Assembly: GCA_964646785.1 (NCBI GenBank)
Contig: CAZYGU010000002.1
Span: 1 to 58,770, forward strand
Reading direction: 5' to 3'
Length of the DNA stretch: 58,770 bases
Source: an uncultured Candidatus Saccharibacteria bacterium
Lineage (GTDB): Bacteria; Patescibacteriota; Minisyncoccia; Phycocordibacterales; Zambryskibacteraceae
Shown here: positions 33,588 through 42,498 of the stretch, in pieces
Numbering within the stretch: position 1 is the first letter of the stretch
How the letters are laid out: each line of letters begins with the position of its first letter
Made by a program: the position numbers and the translations under genes
The notes under the pieces: generated by a model
The model's input: the letters and a program-made list of their open reading frames with translations, nothing else
Told to the model about the DNA's origin: nothing
Database searches by the model: none

Positions 33588-34673
33588 ATGAATGAGAAAA
33601 AGACTAAAAAAGGTGCGTCAGTCTATGTAGGCCTCTCGGGCGGAGTTGATTCTGCTGTCTCTGCTGCTTTGCTCTTAAGTAGGGGATACAAAGTAACAGG
33701 AGTATTTATTAAGGTGTGGACACCTGATTTTTTGCCATGCACATGGAGAGAGGATCGTAGGGACGCGATGCGTATATGTGCTCATCTTGATATTCCCTTT
33801 GTTACACTTGATTTGGAGAAAGAGTACAAAAAGGAAGTAGTTGATTACATGGTTCGAGAATATAAGGAAGGAAAAACCCCAAATCCTGACGTCATGTGTA
33901 ATAAAGAAATAAAGTTTGGTGCATTTTATGATTATGCGAGAAAAAGTGGTGCTGATTTTGTTGCAACTGGGCACTATGCTCAGATACAAACAACTTCATC
34001 AGGAGATTATCGATTATTAGCGTCCACTGATGATGCAAAAGATCAAAGCTATTTTATTTGGAACATAAAAAGAGAACAATTGCCTCATATTTTATTTCCA
34101 GTAGGTGGAATGAAGAAACCAAAAGTTCGTACATTAGCAAAAAAGTATAAACTTCCAAATGCAACAAAAAAAGATAGTCAGGGGCTGTGTTTTTTGGGTA
34201 AGGTTGATATGAAAGATTTTCTTAAGCATTTTATTAAAGAAAAAAAAGGAATTGTACTTGATACAGAAGGTAGAAAGATTGGTGTTCATGATGGTGTAAC
34301 TTTCCTGACAATTGGACAACGTCATGGATTTACCGTAACTAATAAAAGAAATTCATCAAACCCTCTCTATGTTGTAAAGAAAGATATTCAAAAAAACACA
34401 ATTACAGTCTCACTTCAAAAACCAGGAATTGATGATTTGGTAGGGACTAATTCGTGTAAACTTATCAATATCAATTGGCTTACTGATCCGGTAATTAATA
34501 AAACCTATAGTATTCGCTTTCGATACCACCAAACACCACTTGAAGGCACACTCATACAAGTAGGAAAAAAATGGTCAATACTGCTCAAGAAACCATTTAT
34601 CAATATTTCTCCAGGCCAATCTGCTGTTGTGTACGATATGGATGTACTTATAGGTGGAGGAGTCATCCAGTAA
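33588..34673 (+). CDS. mnmA: tRNA 2-thiouridine(34) synthase MnmA
   Basis: PP-loop VGLSGGVDSAVSAALLL, plus TPNPDVMCNKEIKFGAF and ATGHYA. I prefer ATG 33588 (MNEKKTKK...) over the track's GTG 33564. Confidence 0.9.
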   Translation: MNEKKTKKGASVYVGLSGGVDSAVSAALLLSRGYKVTGVFIKVWTPDFLPCTWREDRRDAMRICAHLDIPFVTLDLEKEYKKEVVDYMVREYKEGKTPNPDVMCNKEIKFGAFYDYARKSGADFVATGHYAQIQTTSSGDYRLLASTDDAKDQSYFIWNIKREQLPHILFPVGGMKKPKVRTLAKKYKLPNATKKDSQGLCFLGKVDMKDFLKHFIKEKKGIVLDTEGRKIGVHDGVTFLTIGQRHGFTVTNKRNSSNPLYVVKKDIQKNTITVSLQKPGIDDLVGTNSCKLININWLTDPVINKTYSIRFRYHQTPLEGTLIQVGKKWSILLKKPFINISPGQSAVVYDMDVLIGGGVIQ

Positions 34674-34753
34674 TAACAAGGTGACATACAAAATAAATCA
34701 TGGTAATTTGTGCAAGGAATCACCACCATCACAACTTCCAGAGGGTATGAAGC

Positions 34754-35116
34754 ATGAATTCGAAACACGTTATTCATGAAGATGGGACTGAGAGTAGTGT
34801 CAGCAGTTATCCTATTCGCCCCGCAGATATTGATGTCGATAAGTTTTTCTGGGGAGCGTTCGGATGTGTAGATAGCGAGACATCTGCACGTTGGATCATT
34901 GCAACATGTAAAAAACAGAACAGTTGGAAACCATTTTCTGAGGCCGACGTCAAGTTTGTTTACGGAAATCATGGCTACGGTTTTACTTTTGGTCGTTTGC
35001 TTGATCAGGGGTATGTTGTAAAAAACTCAGTAACTGACATGTATCAAGTTACCCATGAGTTTGTTTGTCAGTGCTTTTTGGCAGCTCCAAGCGCCATGCA
35101 TGTGCTCACAACGTAA
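34754..35116 (+). CDS. hypothetical protein (orphan, GC-richer than its surroundings)
   Basis: 120-aa ORF with a GAGGG-like element about 10 nt upstream, followed by a strong GC-rich terminator. I recognise no family. Confidence 0.5.
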   Translation: MNSKHVIHEDGTESSVSSYPIRPADIDVDKFFWGAFGCVDSETSARWIIATCKKQNSWKPFSEADVKFVYGNHGYGFTFGRLLDQGYVVKNSVTDMYQVTHEFVCQCFLAAPSAMHVLTT

Positions 35117-35133
35117 CCTGTGTAACAACATGT

Positions 35134-35164
35134 AATCCCACCCTCATCGAGGGTGGGATTTTTT
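35134..35164 (+). terminator. rho-independent terminator
   Basis: aatcccaccctc (35134-35145) pairs with gagggtgggatt (35149-35160), a 12-bp stem with a 3-nt loop. It runs into tttttt. Confidence 0.75.
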
Positions 35165-35180
35165 AAACTAAGTATTGCTC

Positions 35181-35189
35181 TGGTATACT
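35181..35189 (+). promoter_or_regulatory. extended -10 promoter element (TGgTATACT), 7 nt upstream of ATG 35197
   Basis: tggtatact at 35181-35189, immediately after the terminator of the previous gene. Confidence 0.4.
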
Positions 35190-35196
35190 AAATATC

Positions 35197-36030
35197 ATGA
35201 AGACTGAAAAAAGTATTTTTATTGTTAAAGCAGACGGGTCAAAAGAGGAATTTAATCCATCAAAACTCGAAAATTCACTACTGCGAGCAGGCGCACAACA
35301 TGAAACAGTGGATGAAATTGTTAATCATGTTGCAGCAGAATTAAGGGATGGTATGTCTACATCTCAAATCTACAAGCATGCATTTTTTCTATTAGACAAA
35401 AAACAGAGACCTGTTGCTACACGATACTCACTCCGACGAGCAATTATGGACCTTGGGCCATCTGGTTTTCCATTTGAAGATTTTGTCGGTCATATTCTTC
35501 GTGAAAAGGGATTTGAGGTTCTAACTGATCAAATGATTCTTGGTGGGTGTGTTGAGCATGAGGTTGATGTTGTCGCTTGGAACGAAAATAAACTTATTAT
35601 GGCTGAAGCAAAATTTCATAATGAGCTTGGAATAAAAAGTGATCTTAAGATCGCACTGTATGTAAAAGCACGTTTCGATGATTTGAAAGAAAACACGTTT
35701 ATGTATGGAAAGGAAAGAAAACTTGATGAGGGGTGGCTTATTACGAATACAAAATTTAGCACAACTGCGATTCATTATGCTGAATGCAAAGGACTGATTC
35801 TGATTGGGTGGAACTATCCAAAGGTTGGAAATCTTCAAGATATGATAGTCGATAGTGGACTTCATCCAATTACATGTCTTTCTACACTTACATCTTCACA
35901 AAAGAAAATGCTTATCGGTAGAGGTATTGTGCTTTGTAAGAGTCTTAAAGAAGACGATTCGCTTCTACGATCACTTGGTATGAACAAAGAAAAGATTGCG
36001 AAAGTTATACAAGAGGTAAACTCCTTATAG
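35197..36030 (+). CDS. ATP-cone domain fused to a restriction-endonuclease-like (Mrr-type PD-(D/E)XK) domain
   Basis: N-terminus IFIVKADGSKEEFNPSKLENSLLRAGA...VDEIVNHVAAEL matches the ATP-cone pattern. The nuclease core is FEDFVGHILREKGFEV...GCVEHEVDVVAWNENKLIMAEAKFH (D ... E-x-K). Confidence 0.6.
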   Translation: MKTEKSIFIVKADGSKEEFNPSKLENSLLRAGAQHETVDEIVNHVAAELRDGMSTSQIYKHAFFLLDKKQRPVATRYSLRRAIMDLGPSGFPFEDFVGHILREKGFEVLTDQMILGGCVEHEVDVVAWNENKLIMAEAKFHNELGIKSDLKIALYVKARFDDLKENTFMYGKERKLDEGWLITNTKFSTTAIHYAECKGLILIGWNYPKVGNLQDMIVDSGLHPITCLSTLTSSQKKMLIGRGIVLCKSLKEDDSLLRSLGMNKEKIAKVIQEVNSL

Positions 36031-36031
36031 A

Positions 36032-36871
36032 ATGTCTCAATACTATAAACCAAAACGAAATTCCAACTGGAATTATGGAGGGCAACATTGGCGTCTTTCG
36101 CGCTCAAAGATTGATTTGTTTATGGAGTGCCAAAGATGTTTTTACATTGATAATAAGCTGGGAACATCACGACCAAAAGGATTTCCGTTTACTCTCAATA
36201 GTGCTGTCGATAAGCTTTTAAAAAAGGAATTTGATATTCATAGAGCTGCTGGAAGCAAACACCCACTGCTTAAGGCGTATGGACTTGATGCTGTGCCGTA
36301 TGCTCATCCACGTATGGATGAATGGAGGGACGCATTGAAAGGCGGTATTCAATACAAGCATCCAGCAACAGGTATGCTTATATCGGGTGGAATTGATGAT
36401 GTATGGGTTGATCCAAATGGGGAACTCATTATCGTTGACTACAAAGCAACTTCTAAAGATGAGGAAGTAAATCTTGATGCAGCATGGCAAGATGGATATA
36501 AAAGGCAAATGGAGGTATATCAATGGTTGTTTAGAAAAAATGACTTTCCTGTTTCTGAAACTGGATATTTTGTGTATGCAAATGGTCAGACAGATAGAGA
36601 ATCATTCGATGCAAAACTTGAATTCGATATCAAGCTTATTCCGTACAAAGGAAAGACAGATTGGATCGAAGATGTAATTCTTAATATAAAATCATGTCTT
36701 GATGGGGACCGTATTCCGCATGCAAATACCAATTGTGATTATTGTACATATGTCGCAACAATAAAAGATGTGCCTGAAAGTTCAAAAAAGGAAGTTTCGC
36801 AGGTTACAATCCCAAAAACAAAATATCCTAAAGTAGATAGTAACGGAAAAATGAAGAACACTTTATTTTAA
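36032..36871 (+). CDS. PD-(D/E)XK nuclease, Cas4/RecB-like, with a probable Cys cluster
   Basis: GGIDDVWVDPNGELIIVDYKATS (D ... D-x-K) and QMEVYQWL (Q-x3-Y). Cysteines occur at ECQRC (N-terminal) and at SC...NCDYC (C-terminal). It starts 1 nt after the upstream stop. Confidence 0.6.
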   Translation: MSQYYKPKRNSNWNYGGQHWRLSRSKIDLFMECQRCFYIDNKLGTSRPKGFPFTLNSAVDKLLKKEFDIHRAAGSKHPLLKAYGLDAVPYAHPRMDEWRDALKGGIQYKHPATGMLISGGIDDVWVDPNGELIIVDYKATSKDEEVNLDAAWQDGYKRQMEVYQWLFRKNDFPVSETGYFVYANGQTDRESFDAKLEFDIKLIPYKGKTDWIEDVILNIKSCLDGDRIPHANTNCDYCTYVATIKDVPESSKKEVSQVTIPKTKYPKVDSNGKMKNTLF

Positions 36872-36876
36872 TTTTC

Positions 36877-37473
36877 ATGGATAGGAAAACTGAACTGCTA
36901 AAAGAGGTACGAAATGAGGTTCTTGATCTTACAGATTCGCCACTGTATGAGTATCGAACAAAGAATAAATACTTTCCTGTTATTGGCGAAGGAAGTCATA
37001 GTGCGAAAATTATGTTTGTTGGAGAAGCGCCAGGAAGAAATGAGGCTAAAACTGGAAAGCCTTTTTGTGGACGTGCAGGTGAGGTACTAAACGAACTTCT
37101 TTTGCATGCTGGAATTAAACGTGAAGATGTTTATATTACGAATATTGTTAAAGATCGTCCACAAGAGAACAGAGACCCCACACAGGAGGAAATACAAATC
37201 TATGGACCATTCTTAGATCGACAAATTGATATTCTACAGCCTTCAATTATTGCGAGTCTTGGTAGGTATTCAATGGTATATATTATGGAAAAATTTAAGC
37301 TTCATGATGCATTAAAACCTATTAGCGCTATGCACGGAAAGGTGTTCCTTACTGAAGCATCATATGGGCCAGTGACAATTATTCCTCTTTACCACCCAGC
37401 TGTTGCAGTGTATAACGTACATATGAAGGGTGCTTTAATGGAAGACTTTAAAGTACTGAATCAATTTATATAA
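36877..37473 (+). CDS. uracil-DNA glycosylase, family 4
   Basis: MFVGEAPGRNEAKTGKPFCGRAGEVLNELL (the GEAPG...PF.G.AG motif) and a C-terminal LYHPAVAVYN (the HPA/S motif). Confidence 0.85.
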   Translation: MDRKTELLKEVRNEVLDLTDSPLYEYRTKNKYFPVIGEGSHSAKIMFVGEAPGRNEAKTGKPFCGRAGEVLNELLLHAGIKREDVYITNIVKDRPQENRDPTQEEIQIYGPFLDRQIDILQPSIIASLGRYSMVYIMEKFKLHDALKPISAMHGKVFLTEASYGPVTIIPLYHPAVAVYNVHMKGALMEDFKVLNQFI

Positions 37474-37474
37474 T

Positions 37475-39244
37475 ATGCAATCACACGAAATCAGACACAG
37501 ATTTTTAGCTTTTTTTGAAAAAAGAGGACATAAAGTTATTCCTTCTGCATCACTAGTGCCTGAGAATGATCCTTCTGTTCTTTTTAATACAGCAGGTATG
37601 CAACCCCTTGTTCCATATCTACTTGGACAAACGCATCCAATGGGAAAAAGAATTGTTGATGTTCAAAAGTGCGTTCGTACTGGAGACCTTGAAGATATTG
37701 GTGATAATCGACACTTTTCATTTTTTGAAATGATGGGAAATTGGTCATTAGGTGATTATTTCAAAGAAGAAGCAATAACTTGGAGCTACGAGTTTCTTAC
37801 CTCAAAAGAGGAGGGGCTTGGTCTTGATCCTGCAAGACTTTATTTCACAATATTTGAAGGAGATGAAAACGCTCCATACGATGAGGAATCCAAAAAAATT
37901 TGGATAAGTTTGGGCATACCAGAAAACAGAATCTATGCATTACCTGCAGACGATAACTGGTGGAGTCCTGGAGACAATGGTCCATGTGGCCCTTGCAGTG
38001 AGATGTTTTATGATATGACAGGTAATGTAGGTGATCTATCACATCAAGAGTTTCTTCGTGCAGTAAAGGAAGAACAAGTTATTGAAATCTGGAACGATGT
38101 GTTCATGGAATTTGAAAAGAAAGATGGAAAAGTTATTGGTAAACTTGCTCAAAAAAATGTAGACACTGGAGCAGGTCTTGAGCGCATGACTGCTGTGATG
38201 CAGGGAAAACAAACAGCCTATGATACTGACATTTTGAAACCAGTTATGGATCTTATGGTAAAGGCTCAAAACAGTGATAAAAATAAAAAAATCATTGCTG
38301 ACCATTTACGTACAAGCGTTTTTCTTATTGGAGATGGGGTAATGCCATCAAATACAGATCGTGGGTATGTGCTCCGCCGCCTTATTAGACGCGCAGTTAT
38401 TAGCACAACGGATAAAACACTTGATGAGAAGAGAATTTCGATTTTCGTTGATACAGTAACTGATGTTTATAAGCACGCATATCCTGAACTTATTGCACAA
38501 AAAGAACATATAAAAAATGTATTAAATATTGAATGTGCAAAATTTGCTGATGCTCTAAAAAACGGTGTGAAAGAGTTTGAAAAGATTCTTAATCTTCCTT
38601 CTACAACTGTTACTGGTACACAATCCTCTATGCTTACAACATCATTTGGTTTACCTATAGAACTAATAACAGAACTTGCAGGTCAATACGGTAAAAATGT
38701 TGATTTAGATGAACATGATAAAGAAATTAAAAAGCACCAAGAACTATCACGTAGCTCTTCTGCTGGAATGTTTAAAGGAGGACTTGCAAACACTAGCGAA
38801 AAAACAGTTAAACTTCATACCGCACATCACTTATTGCTTGCAGCACTCCAGCAGGTACTCGGAAAAGAGGTAAAACAAAAGGGAAGTAATATCACCGAGG
38901 AAAGACTCCGTATTGATTTTGCATTTGATCGAAAAATGACCGAAGAAGAAAAGAAAGAAGTAGAAGATATTGTGAACAAAAATATTAAAGCAAACCATTC
39001 TGTTATAAGACGAGAAATGCCAAAAATTGAAGCGGAGTCAATTGGAGCTGAAATGGAATTTGGTGCAAAATACCCAGACATCGTTTCTCTCTACTTTATT
39101 GAAGATAAAGATGGAAATGCAATTTCAAAGGAATTTTGTGGGGGACCACATGTTGAACACACTGGTGAACTTGGAATATTTAAAATTCAAAAAGAAGAAG
39201 CTTCATCGCAAGGAGTTCGTCGTATAAAGGCAATACTCCAGTAG
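37475..39244 (+). CDS. alaS: alanine--tRNA ligase, short form lacking the C-Ala domain
   Basis: N-terminal IRHRFLAFFEKRGHKVIPSASLVPENDPSVLFNTAGMQ. Also WWSPGDNGPCGPCSEMFYD, NVDTGAGLERM and RGYVLRRLIRRA. Editing-domain motifs are HTAHHLLLAAL and CGGPHV. The protein ends at 589 aa, right after the editing domain. Confidence 0.88.
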   Translation: MQSHEIRHRFLAFFEKRGHKVIPSASLVPENDPSVLFNTAGMQPLVPYLLGQTHPMGKRIVDVQKCVRTGDLEDIGDNRHFSFFEMMGNWSLGDYFKEEAITWSYEFLTSKEEGLGLDPARLYFTIFEGDENAPYDEESKKIWISLGIPENRIYALPADDNWWSPGDNGPCGPCSEMFYDMTGNVGDLSHQEFLRAVKEEQVIEIWNDVFMEFEKKDGKVIGKLAQKNVDTGAGLERMTAVMQGKQTAYDTDILKPVMDLMVKAQNSDKNKKIIADHLRTSVFLIGDGVMPSNTDRGYVLRRLIRRAVISTTDKTLDEKRISIFVDTVTDVYKHAYPELIAQKEHIKNVLNIECAKFADALKNGVKEFEKILNLPSTTVTGTQSSMLTTSFGLPIELITELAGQYGKNVDLDEHDKEIKKHQELSRSSSAGMFKGGLANTSEKTVKLHTAHHLLLAALQQVLGKEVKQKGSNITEERLRIDFAFDRKMTEEEKKEVEDIVNKNIKANHSVIRREMPKIEAESIGAEMEFGAKYPDIVSLYFIEDKDGNAISKEFCGGPHVEHTGELGIFKIQKEEASSQGVRRIKAILQ

Positions 39245-39293
39245 TTAAAAAACTACTACTGACTAGTTACAACTATTCAGCTATACTATTCAT

Positions 39294-40475
39294 ATGTGGA
39301 ATTCTCATAAAGAAAAGCTTTGTATTATTTGTGATATTGGAAGTGCAACAGTATCAGCCGGATTAGTTTTGTTTACAGAAGGGAAGAAGCCTACAGTTCT
39401 CTATACAACAAAGTTGCCTATTTCTATTTCAGACAAGCCAGATTTTAATCATCTAGAAAATCTTATATATATTCTATTTGAAAAACTTCTTGTATCAATA
39501 AATGCAAACGCTTTTACATCAGCAGAATTTTCGCATTTCAAAAGTAAACATATCGAGCATGTATTCATCGTTCTCTCAACTCCATGGCATGCACTTAAAT
39601 CTTCACAAGTAGTTATTTCAAAAAAATTTTCTTTTATCCTCGATCAAGACTTAATCGAGGAATCAATCAAAGATGAGGAAGTGAAGTTTGAGCAAGAAGC
39701 CCTTGCAGGTCAGTTTGAGCAAGTAAAAAACAAGGATATACGGATGATTGAGAGAGAGATGATAGCTGTTAAATTGAATGGATATACAACCCCACATCCA
39801 TACGGAAAACGAGCAAGTAATGCTGAATTATCAGTCTATATGAGTCTTACGCCGCAAGGATTTGTCACGAAGCTTGAGGATATTCTCCATAAACACATTC
39901 ATACAAAACATATTTCTTTCCATACATTTCCCTTAAGTTTCTATGGAGCTGTCCGTGAAATGTACCCATATGAGGAAGAAGTTCTTCTTGTTGATATATC
40001 AGGTGAATCTACTGACATTTCATGCGTACGTGGTGGTATTATCCAAAAATCAATAACATTCCCATTAGGTAAAAATAGTGCTATTCGAAAAGTAATGGAA
40101 GTATTCTCAGTGACAGAGGAAATTGCGCGTTCATTTATAAATCTTTCTGAGAATGACTCTGCAGAACCAGCAACAAAAGAGAAAACGCTTGCGGCTATTG
40201 AGCAAAATCGTGATGAGTGGAAAAAATCATTTGATTCTTCATGTAGAGAACTTTCCTTGGGTACAGATAATGACTTTTTCTCTTGTTTTGTAACTACAGA
40301 TCAGGAAATTTCTGGTATGTACATTACTTGGATTAAAGAACAGGCTCAGCCACTTGGAATCAAAAACGTAATATTTGTTGACTCAGAAAAGGAAAAGGAT
40401 TTTATTGAATTTGGTAAGCATGTCACTCCTCATCCGTTTATTGCACTTGAAGCAATTTTTTTCGCAAGTCGATAG
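39294..40475 (+). CDS. hypothetical protein with actin-like ATPase (FtsA/PilM-like) phosphate motifs
   Basis: CIICDIGSATVSAG (phosphate-1-like) and VLLVDISGESTDISCVRGG (phosphate-2-like), then ITFPLGKNS. Weak assignment. Confidence 0.45.
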   Translation: MWNSHKEKLCIICDIGSATVSAGLVLFTEGKKPTVLYTTKLPISISDKPDFNHLENLIYILFEKLLVSINANAFTSAEFSHFKSKHIEHVFIVLSTPWHALKSSQVVISKKFSFILDQDLIEESIKDEEVKFEQEALAGQFEQVKNKDIRMIEREMIAVKLNGYTTPHPYGKRASNAELSVYMSLTPQGFVTKLEDILHKHIHTKHISFHTFPLSFYGAVREMYPYEEEVLLVDISGESTDISCVRGGIIQKSITFPLGKNSAIRKVMEVFSVTEEIARSFINLSENDSAEPATKEKTLAAIEQNRDEWKKSFDSSCRELSLGTDNDFFSCFVTTDQEISGMYITWIKEQAQPLGIKNVIFVDSEKEKDFIEFGKHVTPHPFIALEAIFFASR

Positions 40476-40563
40476 ATGCATTCATTGAGAGTTTCTACAC
40501 ACTTACATTTCATTTGTAAATGTACTACAATTGTTGGGTATAAGATTTTTAAAGTTAATACTC

Positions 40564-41946
40564 ATGGCAAAGAATATTTTACAAGACATAGTTCCTCCAG
40601 AAAAACGTTCCATTCGAAATATCCCAGTACCTAATCGTAAAGATAAGTCTTTTGCACAACCAAAAATTATTGAAAAAAAGCCTGTTACTGAATACTCACA
40701 ATTTCCAACATACTCTTCTGATACCGTAGAAGAAGTTGAATCATCAAGTATGGAGACCTCTCCAAAGGTGTTTCCGTACTCCGGTAGAGGATTTGGAGGT
40801 AAACCATACTCAAGAAAAGGTATTTGGGCAGCCTGTGGAGGTGCGATTCTTATTGTATTAATAGCATTTTTCTCATTATTCACCGGTGCTACAGTAACAG
40901 TATCTCCAGTGGAAAAAACAGCATCTGTATCTGCTGATACCATACTAAGTGCCTATCAAGGCCAAACAGGAAGTGGTGTACCGTATGAAGTTGTGAAGAT
41001 ATCGAAAGATTTAGGTCAATCTGTAACAGCAACTGGCGAAGAAAAAGTTGAAAAAAAGGCAAGTGGAACCATTATCATATACAATAATGTTGATAAAAAT
41101 CCTCAGAGACTGATTAAAAATACCCGTTTTGAAACTGCTGAGGGTCTCACGTATCGAATCAATGACTCAGTAGTCGTACCCGGTCAGACTGCACCAAATA
41201 CACCAGGAAGTGTTGAAGTGGTGGTTTATGCTGATCAGCCAGGGGAATCATTCAACATCGGATTAACAGACTTCACAGTTCCTGGATTTAAAACTGATGC
41301 GAATCGATATCGAAATATTTTTGCTAGATCAAAAACTGAAATGACTGGAGGCTTTTCTGGAACTGTAAAAAAAGTTTCTGACAGTGATCTCACGAAAGTA
41401 AAAACCGATATTCATACAAGTCTTGAGGAAAGCTTATCGAAGGATATTCTTACTCAAGTACCTGCAGATTACATTTTGTATCAAGATGCTCTCTTTACAA
41501 CTTACGAATCTTTGCCCCAATCTGACATAAAAGGTAATTCTGTTACTATTAATGAAAGAGGTACTCTTGTTGGGGTTATGTTTAAGCGCTCGACTTTGGC
41601 TCAGTATTTAGCTAGTATGCTTGCTCCTGATCTCGTATCAAGTGTTCCACCGATGATTAAGGAAGTTGAAAATATTACCTTCACAATGAAAGACAAAGCT
41701 GGATTTAATCCACAGTCATCTAATACTTTCAATTTTACACTACAAGGTGATCTAACATTCGTAAGCCAGTTTGATCCGATTGCCCTTGCAAAAGATATGG
41801 CAGGAAAATCAAAATCATCACTTCCAGAAATATTGAAAAATTACCCTTCAATATCAAAGATCAATGCAGTTGTAAGGCCATTTTGGAAAAGAACACTTCC
41901 TTCAGATGTAAAGGACATCACAATCAAAGTTTCACTTAGTAAATAA
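40564..41946 (+). CDS. hypothetical bitopic membrane protein with a large extracytoplasmic domain
   Basis: I start it at ATG 40564 (MAKNILQDIVPPEKRSIRNIP...). It has a single TM helix (IWAACGGAILIVLIAFFSLFTGA) and a ~340-aa beta-rich ectodomain. Confidence 0.6.
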   Translation: MAKNILQDIVPPEKRSIRNIPVPNRKDKSFAQPKIIEKKPVTEYSQFPTYSSDTVEEVESSSMETSPKVFPYSGRGFGGKPYSRKGIWAACGGAILIVLIAFFSLFTGATVTVSPVEKTASVSADTILSAYQGQTGSGVPYEVVKISKDLGQSVTATGEEKVEKKASGTIIIYNNVDKNPQRLIKNTRFETAEGLTYRINDSVVVPGQTAPNTPGSVEVVVYADQPGESFNIGLTDFTVPGFKTDANRYRNIFARSKTEMTGGFSGTVKKVSDSDLTKVKTDIHTSLEESLSKDILTQVPADYILYQDALFTTYESLPQSDIKGNSVTINERGTLVGVMFKRSTLAQYLASMLAPDLVSSVPPMIKEVENITFTMKDKAGFNPQSSNTFNFTLQGDLTFVSQFDPIALAKDMAGKSKSSLPEILKNYPSISKINAVVRPFWKRTLPSDVKDITIKVSLSK

Positions 41947-41967
41947 TATATTTTAATCTAATCAAGA

Positions 41968-42186
41968 ATGCCGAAAACCGGAAAAGAAATTATCGCTGTT
42001 GGTACTGTTACAGAAGCTCTCCCAAACATCCTTTTTAAGATAAAACCAGAAGGTGATGGAGATGAGTTTCTCGCATATCTCTCTGGAAAAATGAGGATGA
42101 ACAAAATTCGTGTACTTGTTGGAGACCGGGTTGAGGTTGAGATAGATCCTTACGGTGGAAAGGGGAGAATTACAAGACGTTTGTAG
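41968..42186 (+). CDS. infA: translation initiation factor IF-1
   Basis: 72 aa with S1-like fold landmarks: VGTVTEALPNILFKIK...LAYLSGKMRMNKIRVLVGDRVEVEIDPYGGKGRITRR. Confidence 0.9.
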   Translation: MPKTGKEIIAVGTVTEALPNILFKIKPEGDGDEFLAYLSGKMRMNKIRVLVGDRVEVEIDPYGGKGRITRRL

Positions 42187-42214
42187 TTAAAAGGTCTATT
42201 ACTAGAGCCATTTC

Positions 42215-42244
42215 TTGACAAAGGAATCCATAGTATATTAGAAT
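42215..42244 (+). promoter_or_regulatory. sigma70-type promoter candidate (TTGACA-18-TAGAAT) ahead of rpmJ-rpsM...
   Basis: ttgaca at 42215-42220 and tagaat at 42239-42244, in the 110-nt spacer between infA and rpmJ. Confidence 0.4.
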
Positions 42245-42296
42245 GCCTAGTCACAGCGCATGAAGCATTAAAAACTTCAAGCACTAACCATTTATT

Positions 42297-42413
42297 ATGA
42301 AAGTTCGATCGTCAGTTAAAAAAATGTGTTCTCAATGTCAGGTAGTCCGAAGAAAGGGCTATGTGTATGTTGTTTGCAAGGCAAATCAACGTCATAAACA
42401 GAGACAGGGCTAA
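42297..42413 (+). CDS. rpmJ: 50S ribosomal protein L36
   Basis: Not in the ORF track because it is shorter than 60 aa. My translation is [38 protein letters not shown]. It sits in the canonical infA-rpmJ-rpsM position. Confidence 0.9.
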   Translation: MKVRSSVKKMCSQCQVVRRKGYVYVVCKANQRHKQRQG

Positions 42414-42498
42414 CATATATCGTTAGTTTCAAGTTTTTTTATAAACTCAAAACTAATACTGCATTCTCACTATAAAACTAACAACCTAAACTACTCAA

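Noticed and set aside
34505-34972. 155-aa minus-strand ORF spanning the mnmA 3' end and the orphan gene.
   Set aside because: It overlaps two better-supported + strand genes and has no recognisable motif or signals.
40503-40943. 146-aa minus-strand ORF at the start of the bitopic membrane protein gene.
   Set aside because: It is antisense to a longer coherent + strand ORF with TM topology and has no supporting signals.
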